From Alphaproteobacteria bacterium (GTDB lineage Bacteria > Pseudomonadota > Alphaproteobacteria > MPNO01 > UBA830), in contig OZ251539.1 of the NCBI GenBank assembly GCA_965243135.1, positions 4,480,001 through 4,544,000 on the forward strand: a DNA stretch of 64,000 nt. The letters are read 5' to 3'. How positions within the stretch are numbered: the stretch's first letter is position 1; each line of letters begins with the position of its first letter. Below the pieces are notes generated by a model. That model saw only the letters and a program-made list of their open reading frames with translations, was not told the DNA's origin and ran no database searches. Positions 1 to 9,391 of the stretch are shown here, piece after piece. The position numbers and the translations under genes were made by a program.

Positions 1-810
1 CTCGGTCGGATCGATTTCGACTCTCCCGGATTCAAGAAGAGCCGCGGACAGCGTTACATGTCCGAAACTCCGGCGCCGCGAACGCTCGAAGACTGGAGTT
101 GGCCCGGCCCCGTGCTGCTGGACGCCCTGCGCTTCGCGCGTTCGCGCACCGGCAAGCCGATCAAGGTGACCCTGCCCGGCCCGATGACGGTTGCCGACAG
201 CGTGTTCGACGAGGCCGGCCAACGGGAGGACGCGGAATTCGCGGCCCACTACGCGGCCATTCTCAACAAGGAAGCGCGCGCGCTGTCGGAAGCCGGAGCC
301 GACGTGATCCAGATCGACGAGCCCTGCTTCAACATCTACACGGATGCGGTAAGGGATTGGGGCCTCGAATTGCTCGAACGCGCGTTCGAAGGGGTGACCG
401 CGACGCGCGCGGTGCACATCTGCTACGGATACGGCACGGAAGTCGTCCTGAAGTGGAAAAACTCCAACCGGGACTGGTCCCACTACGACGCCACGCTGCC
501 GCTGCTCGCGAACAGTTCGGTCGATCAGATTTCCGTGGAGTGCGCCGCCTCGGGAGTCGATCTCCGGACGCTCGAATGCCTCCAAGGCAAGGACGTCATG
601 GTCGGCGTGATCGACGTCGGCACCGAAGAAGTGGAGAGCGGGGCGCTGGTGGCGGAACGCATCCGGAAGGCGTTGGACCACGTGCCCGCGGAACATCTCA
701 TCGCCTGCACCGATTGCGGCATGGTGCCGCGCAGTCGCCGCGCGGCCGCTGGCAAGATCGCCGCCCTGGTTGCGGGCGCGGCGCTGGTAAATCGGGAGCA
801 GGGCGCCTGA
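1..810 (+). CDS. Cobalamin-independent methionine synthase-like protein (catalytic domain only), 5' partial
   Basis: Frame is open from base 1; motifs KVTLPGPMT, IQIDEP, HICYGY, CTDCG (Zn ligands). Confidence 0.85.
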   Translation, partial: LGRIDFDSPGFKKSRGQRYMSETPAPRTLEDWSWPGPVLLDALRFARSRTGKPIKVTLPGPMTVADSVFDEAGQREDAEFAAHYAAILNKEARALSEAGADVIQIDEPCFNIYTDAVRDWGLELLERAFEGVTATRAVHICYGYGTEVVLKWKNSNRDWSHYDATLPLLANSSVDQISVECAASGVDLRTLECLQGKDVMVGVIDVGTEEVESGALVAERIRKALDHVPAEHLIACTDCGMVPRSRRAAAGKIAALVAGAALVNREQGA

Positions 811-891
811 AAATCGCCCTTGAGGCCGCTCCAAGAAGGCCGCGCGCCGGTTTCGCTTTTCGAACTCGATAGAGCGCAGTCGCGCCATCCA

Positions 892-940
892 TCAGGTTCG
901 CAACCTGAAGGCCGCAGGTTCGAATCCCGCTCCCGCAACC
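892..940 (+). pseudogene. Decayed tRNA-fMet-like 3' half (possible att-site remnant)
   Basis: tcagg-ttcgcaa-cctga anticodon arm, aggcc variable loop, gcagg-ttcgaat-cccgc T arm (one mismatch) and cccgcaacc end resemble alphaproteobacterial tRNA-fMet; no complementary 5' acceptor strand. Confidence 0.7.
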
Positions 941-950
941 GTATTGCTAG

Positions 951-1323
951 TTAACCCATCTTCAGCACTTTCCGGTTGAATTAGAGCCTTTTCGGCCAAT
1001 TTGTCTGCCATAACCTAATGATATTATTGAATGTCGAGCCTGAAACCTTCTTTGTAGTGCCATAATTTCAGAGATTTCGACATTTTTTCTTGAACGAGTC
1101 GCGTGGCGCACTACAATCCTGGCATGGGGCCAAATCGTGATCCGCCAAGATGCCCGTCTGGATGCTCACGCCTGCGCTATCGTGCATGCCTTGGGCGTTC
1201 GGACCAGCCCGCACAGGCAGCGCAACAAAATGTAGTGCCATACAGCACCGATGAAAAATTTTGTTGATTTATTTTCAATGTGTTACGGGATGGCGTCAGT
1301 GAAAAGTGCTGAAGATGGGTTAA
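951..1323. mobile_element. MITE-like non-coding element
   Basis: Perfect 21-bp inverted repeat ttaacccatcttcagcacttt (951-971) / aaagtgctgaagatgggttaa (1303-1323); AT-rich interior with no credible ORF. Confidence 0.75.
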
Positions 1324-1778
1324 AACATTGACGCTTTCGGGAGATTCCGATTCCCGCTCCGTGGCCATCCGCGTGAAGCCGCAAGCATGCCGTATCGAGC
1401 CAATTCCGGCGTGTCCCGGCTCGCTTCCGACAGCGGCGCAAACTCCGCGCCAAGGCCCCGCAGCTGCGGCCCCTTCCCCGCGTCCTCGCCAGCCAGTCGG
1501 CCGGGCGACGAACATTCGGCGCCCGGCCAATCCGGATCGTCGACTTCGCCACATCGCCGCCGGCCGCAAGGGATCGACGGGAAGCATTCGCGGTTGACGG
1601 ACCAGACCAGCGCGACCCCGCGCCCGAAGCGCGCGGAACCCGGCCGTGCCGCCATCGTCCACTCGCATCGAGACAGCAGACCGTCCCGGCGCTTCGTTCA
1701 GCCGGCCGATCTCGCCGACGATACGCGTCGCCATCAAATCGCACGAGCGGGGGCTCTCCGTACCGAAGCCGGGAAAGG

Positions 1779-2198
1779 TTACGCCTCGTGGAGCGTCAGG
1801 CGTATCCTGATGCGATAATAACGCTCGGGGCTCACGTCGACGACCTCGGCCGTCACCGACCTGCCCGCATCCATCAACCGAGCGAACGGTTCGTTGTCCG
1901 CGCGCGGAACGTAGCCAAGCTTCGGTCCCGCGGCCGTGAACACCTCGATCGCCAGGTCGTCGTATGCGTTATCCGGCTCCCGGCGCAGGACCAGAGCGTC
2001 GCCCGGGCGCAAATCGCCGCAGACGCGGCAAGCCTCGTAATAGGCCGTGCCGGCCACATAGGTTTCCAGCAGAACCAGGGACCGTCCCTGCTTCGTCGGC
2101 GTCGGCTCCCGCGCCCGGACGCTCGTCGCCGCCAAGGCTCCGGACAGCGCCGCAAGCAGCGTCCGGCGGGTGAGCGCGAGCGGCGATCGGACCGCCAT
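1779..2198 (-). CDS. HIRAN-domain protein with twin-arginine-like signal peptide
   Basis: YVAGTAYY, LRREPDNAYDDLAIEV and KLGYVPR are HIRAN motifs; N-terminus TRRTLL-hydrophobic stretch-VRA. Confidence 0.85.
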   Translation of the reverse strand: MAVRSPLALTRRTLLAALSGALAATSVRAREPTPTKQGRSLVLLETYVAGTAYYEACRVCGDLRPGDALVLRREPDNAYDDLAIEVFTAAGPKLGYVPRADNEPFARLMDAGRSVTAEVVDVSPERYYRIRIRLTLHEA

Positions 2199-2554
2199 CC
2201 TTCCATCCTCCATGCCATCGCCGCCGGAAACGTCGCATTCCCCGCAGCCTCCCGGTTATCGTTTTTTCCAGGATAATCGTCAAGGCTCGATTCAGGGCGA
2301 ATCCGGGAACGGGCCGGTTGAGGGAGGCGTTCATTGCCGGGTGCCGCCCGCGAGGAGAAGGAGGCGGTGCAGGAAGCGAAGCCACCGACCGACCGCACGC
2401 AGCTGCCAAGTTTCCGCTTTCCAACCCGGCAACGCCGCTCATTCCCTGTTCGGGGCTACGGCGGCATGCCGCATCGCCGACCATGCCTCGGAACTCAAGG
2501 TAGACGATTTCGCCCGGCCGAACCTTTCGTCGGGCACGGCTCGGCTCCCTGCCG

Positions 2555-2960
2555 GCGTGCTCTGTAACGTCGCCAGCATCCAGGACGAGCGGTCATTCTT
2601 CCTTCGGGGAAGAATTGTTGATGCGGCCTCCAAGAGTCACTGTCCGCCAGTCTCCGCCCGCACTTCGTTGATTCTCATCCATCAACGCCACGCGTTCCGA
2701 TGCGCTCGCGGAAGTTTTCCGGAATCTCGTCCCAGACGAACAGGTCCACCCGGAAAGGCAGATCGCTTTCCTCGAACGCCTCCCGCAGGTCGCCGACCCG
2801 GCGGCATTGCTTGGGCGTGTACAACCAGACCCAGGTCGGACGTCGGGCGCGACTTCCGCTTGACGCGAGAACCGCAGGCTCAGGCCCTCGTTCCCGGCCG
2901 GCGCCGTTCGAGCAACGACAGGATCGTCTCGCGCTGCTCGGCCTTGACGTCGGGCGTCAT
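2555..2960 (-). pseudogene. Minimal nucleotidyltransferase (MNT) pseudogene, apparently once fused to an HsdS-like N-terminus
   Basis: Manual translation: MTPDVKAEQRETILSLLE..RA*ACGSRVK..SDLGLVV, frameshift, DLREAFEESDLPFRVDLFVWDEIPENF, frameshift, GDWRTVTLG..SPKEE*PLVLDAGDVTE. Start overlaps the HEPN stop (ATGA). Confidence 0.7.
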
Positions 2961-3376
2961 TCCCATGCCTCGCCGCTCATGGTTTGGTAAAGGCCTATGG
3001 CGTCTTCGATGAAGTCGGCCATGACATTGAGGCAAGCCTCGGCCTTCTCGCCATTGCAGTCATGCGAAACGGCGTTGCGCCTGTCGGCGTACAACAGCCA
3101 TCGCTCCACCGGCGCGCGCAACAGATGGTTCTGGTGCGCTATTCTCAAGACCGGCTTCGGACTGTTGGGCGGGTCCACGACGCCAAGGACCTCGAGGAGA
3201 TATCTCCTCAGCACCTTCCACAGGCAGTCGTAGCAGGTCTTGAAGCGCCGGATCGCCGATTCGGCAATGGCCTCCCGCGTTAGAACGGGAAGATCGGGGT
3301 GGGGTTTCCGGTAATTCTCGTGCTGTTCCTGGAGCCGTCCGAGCGACGTCCGGAACTTGTCGTAGTCGATCCGCAT
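2957..3376 (-). CDS. HEPN-family nucleotidyltransferase substrate-binding protein (HI0074-like)
   Basis: AIRRFKTCYDCLWK, NSPKPVLR and RNAVSH (RxxxxH); paired with the MNT remnant. Confidence 0.85.
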   Translation of the reverse strand: MRIDYDKFRTSLGRLQEQHENYRKPHPDLPVLTREAIAESAIRRFKTCYDCLWKVLRRYLLEVLGVVDPPNSPKPVLRIAHQNHLLRAPVERWLLYADRRNAVSHDCNGEKAEACLNVMADFIEDAIGLYQTMSGEAWE

Positions 3377-3789
3377 CCGGACCTCCTCGTCAATTGAGCG
3401 CTCGGCGGAAGGCCAGAGCCTTGGCGGTCTCGGCGCTCATCCATGGGTTGAAGGCGCCAAGCGCCGAACCGAGTCGTCGCGAAACAGCGTTCTGGCCCCG
3501 CCGCTCCGTTTCGCCGTGGCGTCTTCGGATGGAAGGGGAGTCCAGCCGACCTCCGCCGCGCGTGCCGCCACGGGGCACTGGACCGAGGCGGCTTCGCTGA
3601 CGCGGGGCATGCTCACCGCTCCGCCTCGCCGGACGGCGCGGCGTTGGCGTTTCTGGCCGCTGGCACCCCGCTCCGCGTCTTACCGTTCAGCGTTATTTTC
3701 ATCATTTGACACCGCCTCGTCAACGCTTGATATATGGAACGTCGGGTGCCCTTGATGGGCTCGATATGGTTCGCCCAGCCTGACATCAC

Positions 3790-4330
3790 TCGCCCTCCAC
3801 CAGGAGGGTTTTCCGTTTGTATGCGTTCCATGCGTCCCGTGCCGCTCCGACCAGCGGAGAAGGGTCCGGCCACACCTTCAACCCGTTGAGAGTTTCGCCA
3901 TCGATAGAAGTTCGGCAGCGCTTTCTCGAAATACGGGTAGCCGAAATCTTCGAGCTTGAAAGCGCGATAGACGTTGTAGGCCAGCAAATCGGCAAGCTGG
4001 ACGCCGTTCGACAATTCGCTACGGGTAAAGAACGGATATTCGACGATCGCCGGAAAGGTCATATTCCGGTTGCCCGTCCGCTGAAACGAGGCGTGCTTCA
4101 TCGCGACGACACGGTTGAGTTGCCTGCTCGTATCGTCCATCAGCGCACGATGCTTCGGGTGATATTCCCTCATGTAGTGCTGTATCCTTTCCAACAGAAA
4201 TTCGTATGCCTTCATGTAAAGAGTTTCGTGGGTAACGCGGAGAAACCGCTTGTCGATCACGTCGCACATGATGACCGTGTTACGCTCGGTAATCTGACGG
4301 AAATAAGCGTCGGCGAGATCACCTCTCTCG
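3790..4330 (-). pseudogene. DUF3800-family protein remnant
   Basis: AYEFLLERI and PFFTRSELSNGVQLADLLAYNVYRAF; N-terminus missing, C-terminus frameshifted; coordinates approximate. Confidence 0.65.
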
Positions 4331-4990
4331 CGAAACTGCCCAAACTACGGCCGATTTCCGCAAACTCCGCCTGCGAACCCCATGCCCGCCTCGCCGACAA
4401 AGCCCACATGGTAGAACCGCGCTCCGAACCGTCAGAATGGTGCGAGAGGCATGACTCGCACAGCGGACAAGGCGGGAAGCGTTTGGTCCGCGCGCCGATG
4501 CCGTGTAGACAGGTGGAGGGAAGCGCAAGCTCAGCGCAGGTCATGAGGACTGACTGAAGATGACGCCATCGAGTAACTGTTTCGCAATGACCGCAACCGA
4601 GCCGGCCGATTCCTCACGAGATCGAAGGCGAACGGGGCGGCCCGCCACCAAGAAGACCGTCGCTCGGCCATGGAACCGCCTGCGTAGCCCTCTTCGCCGG
4701 CCAAGGCCCTACGGCCGTTCCGGTTTAAACACGGCACGATCCGTTCGGGCCGTCCGGTTCCACGCCAGACGGCGCTTCAGGCTGGCTGACATGGTTCGCG
4801 CTCCCGATGATCGACGTTCTCCCTTGGTGGAGCGGGCGGACGAGGCGGGCCTGCACTTCGACGCGGTCGTGGACCGCGAGGAAGAGTTCTCGGTTACGAC
4901 AATGCCTGAAACCGCGTTCCGCCGGGAATGCGATCTCCGGGCGCCATGCCGGGCGGAGGGCGTCATCGGCGAATCGGAGGCGCTGGCTGC

Positions 4991-6811
4991 ATGACCCCTG
5001 CCGACCTCGCAATCCTCATCCAGCAGGGCGAGGGCACCACGCTGGAGTTCAAGGAGAGCCTGTCCTCGTCGTTCGCGCGGGAGCTCGTCGCCCTGGCCAA
5101 TACCATCGGCGGGAAGATCCTCCTCGGCGTGCGCGACGGCGGCAGCGTGGTCGGGATCAAAGACACCAACGGCCTGCGCGCCCACGTTCAGAACGTTGCC
5201 CGCAATTGCGATCCGGCGGTGAAGGTGCTGGTCGAGCCGGTGGACGGGGTGCTCGCGGTCCATGTCCGGGAAAGCAACGCCAAGCCGGTGCAGTGCAGCG
5301 AGGGCTTCTTCTGGCGTCAGGGCGCGGTGACCCAGAAGATGAACCGTGACGAGATCCACGACTTTTTCCGCGCCGAGGGCGCGATCCGGTTCGACCTCTC
5401 GCCCTGCTCCCGCTTCAGCTACCCGGAGGATTTCGACCGCGAGAAGTTCGACGGCTGGCTCGCCCTGTCCGGCATCACCGGAAATCCGCCGGTCGAGGAC
5501 GTGCTGGTCAACATCGAGGTCGCCGAGCGGGCCGGCGACAAGTTGCTCTTCCGCAACGCGGGAGTACTCTTCTTCGCCAAGAACGCGCGTCGTTTCTTCC
5601 CGGAGGCGTACATCACCTGCCTGTTGGCAAGGGGTACGGACAAGGTGCATATCCTGGACCGCAAGGATTTCGACGGCGGCATCGTGGCCGACGTCGAGGA
5701 CGCCATGCGCTTCATCGAGCGCAACACCCGCACCGCCTACCGCATCGAGGGCTTGAGGCGGCAGAACATCCCGGAGTACCCGATGGAGGCCGTGCGCGAA
5801 GCGATCACCAACGCGGTCATGCACCGGGACTGGTTCTTCGACGGCGCCAACGTTTTCGTCGAGGTCTACACGGACCGGATCGAGGTTATCAGCCCCGGCA
5901 GCCTGCCCAAGGGCCTGACCCTGTCCGATCTCGGGCACATGAGCATCCGCCGGAACCCGCTCGTCGCCGACCTGCTCCACCGCATCGACTTCATCGAGAA
6001 GGCGGGCACGGGGATCCGCCGCATCCGGGACGGCGCGAAAGCCGTGGATTGCCCGGAGCCGGAGTTCGAAGCCAACAATTTCGTCACTGTCACTTTTCGT
6101 CCGAACCCGGAAGTGCGGGAGGTGTCGGGGGGTGATCGGGTCGCCGATCAAGTCACCGGGGAAGTCACCGGGGAAGTCACCGGGGAAGTCACCGGGGAAG
6201 TTCGACTGCTACAGGCGATGTCGGGCGAAATGACCAGGCAAGACCTCCAAGAAGCCGTTGGCCTGAAACACGAGGACCATTTCCGCAAAGTCTATCTGAC
6301 ACCAGCTCTTGAGGCCGGCCTGATCGAAACGACCATCCCGGACAAGCCGCGCAGCAGCAAACAGCGATACCGCCTGACGCCCGAGGGAAGCGAGTACCTG
6401 AAACGAAACCCGGAAGTGCGGGAGGTGTCGGGGGGTGATCGGGTCGCCGATCAAGTTACCGATCAAATCACCGGGGAAGTCGCCGGGGAAGTCGCCGGGG
6501 AAGTCGCCGGGGAAGTCGCCGGGGAAGTCGCCGGGGAAGTCGCCGGGGAAGTCGCCGGGGAAGTCGCCGGGGAAGTCGCCGGGGAGGTTCGACTGCTACA
6601 GGCGATGTCGGGCGAAATGACCAGGCAAGACATCCAAGAAACCGTTGGCCTGAAACACGAGGACCATTTCCGCAAAGTCTATCTGACGCCAGCTCTTGAG
6701 GCCGGCCTGATCGAAATGACCATCCCGGACAAGCCGCGCAGCAGCAAACAGCGATACCGCCTGACGCCCGCGGGAAGCGAGTGCCTGAAACGAATCGGAG
6801 AAGCCCGGTAA
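4991..6811 (+). CDS. AlbA_2/Schlafen domain + RecG-C-like (HATPase_c_4) protein with duplicated C-terminal wHTH
   Basis: GEGTTLEFKES, VALANTIGGKILLGV, REAITNAVMHRD, RNPLVADLL..IEKAGTGI; C-terminal module ending PDKPRSSKQRYRLT occurs twice. Confidence 0.85.
   Translation: MTPADLAILIQQGEGTTLEFKESLSSSFARELVALANTIGGKILLGVRDGGSVVGIKDTNGLRAHVQNVARNCDPAVKVLVEPVDGVLAVHVRESNAKPVQCSEGFFWRQGAVTQKMNRDEIHDFFRAEGAIRFDLSPCSRFSYPEDFDREKFDGWLALSGITGNPPVEDVLVNIEVAERAGDKLLFRNAGVLFFAKNARRFFPEAYITCLLARGTDKVHILDRKDFDGGIVADVEDAMRFIERNTRTAYRIEGLRRQNIPEYPMEAVREAITNAVMHRDWFFDGANVFVEVYTDRIEVISPGSLPKGLTLSDLGHMSIRRNPLVADLLHRIDFIEKAGTGIRRIRDGAKAVDCPEPEFEANNFVTVTFRPNPEVREVSGGDRVADQVTGEVTGEVTGEVTGEVRLLQAMSGEMTRQDLQEAVGLKHEDHFRKVYLTPALEAGLIETTIPDKPRSSKQRYRLTPEGSEYLKRNPEVREVSGGDRVADQVTDQITGEVAGEVAGEVAGEVAGEVAGEVAGEVAGEVAGEVAGEVRLLQAMSGEMTRQDIQETVGLKHEDHFRKVYLTPALEAGLIEMTIPDKPRSSKQRYRLTPAGSECLKRIGEAR
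6104..6793 (+). repeat. In-frame tandem duplication containing 12-bp VNTRs
   Basis: Copy 1 at 6104-6406, copy 2 at 6407-6793; gtcaccggggaa x4 (6152-6199) and gtcgccggggaa x9 (6479-6586). Confidence 0.95.
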
Positions 6812-8613
6812 TGGCGAAGATCAACGTCACGAAGACCGAACTGGTCTGGCCCGGCAAATATAACGATGACGGGTCACTTAAGGAAGTTCCGCGGGTTAAT
6901 CTGCCGTTCCAGATCATCGAGACCGTCAACGAGAGCCGTGCCACCCGCGAGGCGAAGAGGGGCGGCGTGCAGACATCGCTGTTCGACGTCTACGAGGGTA
7001 ACGAGGGCGACACCTTCGAGGAAGGATGGAAGAACAAGCTCATCTGGGGCGACAACCTGCTGGTGATGGGATCGCTCTTGGAGAAGTTCGCAGGGAAAGT
7101 CGATCTGATCTACATTGATCCGCCATTCGCTACGGGGGCAGATTTTTCGTTTACTGCGGAGATTGGTGAATCTGGCCTCAATCTGGAAAAGGAACAGACG
7201 CTAATCGAGGAAAAAGTATATCGGGACACTTGGGGATCAGGTACAGCATCATATCTCAATATGGTGCAGATGAGACTTAATTTACTCAGAGATATATTGA
7301 GCCCTACAGGCAGTATTATCCTCCATTGTGATTTTCGACTCTCCCATCTGCTCGGTGTAGTCCTTGATGAAATATTCGGACTTGGGGATCGGGGGTCTCG
7401 CGCAGATGAACCAGGTTTCCGAAACGAGGTAGTGTGGTTATACGGTCTTGGCGGATCGAGTCCAAAGTGTTATCCAAAGAAACATGACTGCCTACTTTGG
7501 TATTCAAAATCCACTCAATGGTTTTTTGATCCTCCAAAGATTCCGGCAACATCTCAGCGAATGAAGGGGCAGGATAAGAAGTGTCCTGACTATTGGGATA
7601 TTCCCAATATTAATAATATGGCTGACGAGCGTACAGGTTATCCCACACAAAAACCAGAAGCATTGCTGGAGAGAGTTGTCTCTGCGCACTCACGCCCAGG
7701 AGAACTTGTTGCCGATTTTTTCTGCGGCTCCGGTACGACTCTTGCTGTCGCCGAGAAACTCGGACGCCGTTGGATCGGCTGCGACCTAGGACGATGGGGC
7801 ATCCACGTTACCCGAAAGCGGCTGCTCGGTATCCAGAACTGCAAGCCCTTCGATTTGCTGAATCTAGGCAAATACGAACGCCAATACTGGCAAGGCGTAA
7901 CCTTCGGAGAACAAAAAAGCAAGCCCGTTGCCGAGCGAGCACTTTTCGAATATCTTTCCTTTATCCTCAAGCTTTACGGTGCCCAGCCAGTGGCGGGCAA
8001 TGACCATCTGCATGGCAAGAAGTACAAGGCCATGGTCCATATCGGTGCTGTGGATGCGCCAGTAACCATCGGCGAAATCGCATTCACGGTAGAAGAATGC
8101 GTCAAGCTGAAGCAGAAGGAATTGCACGTTCTCGGTTGGGAATGGGAAATGGGCGTTCAGGATCTCGTGGTTCAAGAAGCGAGGCGCAAGGGCGTCAAAC
8201 TACTGCTGTTACAGATCCCTCGCGAGGTCATGGAACAACAGGCCGCCGACAAGGGTGACGTTCGCTTTTTCGAGTTGGCATACTTGGACGCTGTGATCAA
8301 GAAGCCGAAGAAACTCGTCGCGCAAGTGGCGCTCAAGGATTTTGTGATCCCCAACGCCGAGCTCGTCCCGGACGAGGTGCGGAGCAAGATCACGAAGTGG
8401 TCGGACTACATCGACTATTGGGCGGTGGATTGGGATTTCCGAAACGACACCTTCATACAGGGATGGGTGGCCTACCGCACCCGTAAGGACCGGACACTGT
8501 CCCTCGTGTCCGGCGCGCACGCCTATGAGAAGACGGGTCAGTATCAGGTGCTGGTCAAGGTCATCGACATCTTTGGCAACGATACGTCGCAAGCATACGA
8601 GGTCAATGTATAG
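6811..8613 (+). CDS. mod: Type III R-M methyltransferase (Mod)
   Basis: NKLIWGDNL, IYIDPPF, YPTQKPEALL, DFFCGSGTT (beta-class order), VKVIDIFGND; TAATG overlap with the upstream gene. Confidence 0.9.
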   Translation: MAKINVTKTELVWPGKYNDDGSLKEVPRVNLPFQIIETVNESRATREAKRGGVQTSLFDVYEGNEGDTFEEGWKNKLIWGDNLLVMGSLLEKFAGKVDLIYIDPPFATGADFSFTAEIGESGLNLEKEQTLIEEKVYRDTWGSGTASYLNMVQMRLNLLRDILSPTGSIILHCDFRLSHLLGVVLDEIFGLGDRGSRADEPGFRNEVVWLYGLGGSSPKCYPKKHDCLLWYSKSTQWFFDPPKIPATSQRMKGQDKKCPDYWDIPNINNMADERTGYPTQKPEALLERVVSAHSRPGELVADFFCGSGTTLAVAEKLGRRWIGCDLGRWGIHVTRKRLLGIQNCKPFDLLNLGKYERQYWQGVTFGEQKSKPVAERALFEYLSFILKLYGAQPVAGNDHLHGKKYKAMVHIGAVDAPVTIGEIAFTVEECVKLKQKELHVLGWEWEMGVQDLVVQEARRKGVKLLLLQIPREVMEQQAADKGDVRFFELAYLDAVIKKPKKLVAQVALKDFVIPNAELVPDEVRSKITKWSDYIDYWAVDWDFRNDTFIQGWVAYRTRKDRTLSLVSGAHAYEKTGQYQVLVKVIDIFGNDTSQAYEVNV

Positions 8614-8953
8614 CGCAATGCTGATGCTTCACCCCGAAGAACAAACTTGGCTGGACGAATATCGAAAGGCACTCGGCGAACGGTACCCAGGTGCGGTCTT
8701 GCGCATGGTCATATACGGATCAAAGGCGCGAGGCGATGCGCGAGAGAACAGCGACCTGGATGTACTCATCATTGTCAGAAACGAAGCGACCGCTCTCAAG
8801 ATCCCTCTCCGGTGTATCGGCTACGATCTGGCTACGGAGTCATACGCCGTACCCTCCATTATGGCGTATACGCAGGCCGAATGGGATCGCCTAGAGGCCT
8901 TACGCTCGGCTTACCGGGAATCGGTCGAACGCGACGGGATAACGGTGCTGTGA
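8606..8953 (+). CDS. Minimal nucleotidyltransferase (MNT antitoxin-like)
   Basis: YGSKARGDARENSDLDVLII motif; start at 8606 or 8618. Confidence 0.85.
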   Translation: MYSAMLMLHPEEQTWLDEYRKALGERYPGAVLRMVIYGSKARGDARENSDLDVLIIVRNEATALKIPLRCIGYDLATESYAVPSIMAYTQAEWDRLEALRSAYRESVERDGITVL

Positions 8954-9360
8954 ACCGGGAAATGACGGCGGCAGAGCGGCGCGCAGTGAAGTCTCTGGGC
9001 ACCGCCAAAATCCTGATGCGCTCCGGCTACCCGGAGGATGCAGTGTCCCGGTGCTACTATGCGGTTCTGCATGCCGCCAAATCGGCGCTGTTCGTGCACG
9101 ATGTCGACACTGCGAGTCATGCCGCGGTGCGCAGGATGTTCGGCCTCCATCTTGTGCGTTGGGGCGAAGTCGAACAGCAATGGGCGAGTGCGCTCGCTCG
9201 GACGATGGACGGCCGACTGATGGCCGACTACAGCGCAGATGCGCGCTTATGAGGAAACCCGAGGCTGCGCAGGTCGAACCAAGGCGTTCATCAAACGGTA
9301 GTATCTGTTGGCCAAGGACTTGACCGATCAGCAGCTAGAACTGGAGCATGGCAATGACTG
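8950..9360 (+). pseudogene. HEPN-domain protein (UPF0332-like), C-terminus disrupted
   Basis: DAVSRCYYAVLHAAKSAL, SHAAVRRMFG, RLMADY; stops at 9252, and a plausible C-terminus continues in another frame with an internal stop. Confidence 0.7.
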
Positions 9361-9391
9361 AAACTATCATCGCCGGGGAGGCGAAGTAGCC

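Noticed and set aside
892-940. Functional tRNA-Ala(CGC)
   Set aside because: No acceptor stem or D arm can be formed, and the body is fMet-like.
2879-2883. In-frame TGA in the MNT as selenocysteine or recoding
   Set aside because: It falls at a probable Trp position and is accompanied by frameshifts; TGA is a normal stop throughout the window.
6152-6586. Short repeats as a CRISPR array
   Set aside because: Head-to-tail 12-mers without spacers, in frame within a CDS; no cas genes in the window.
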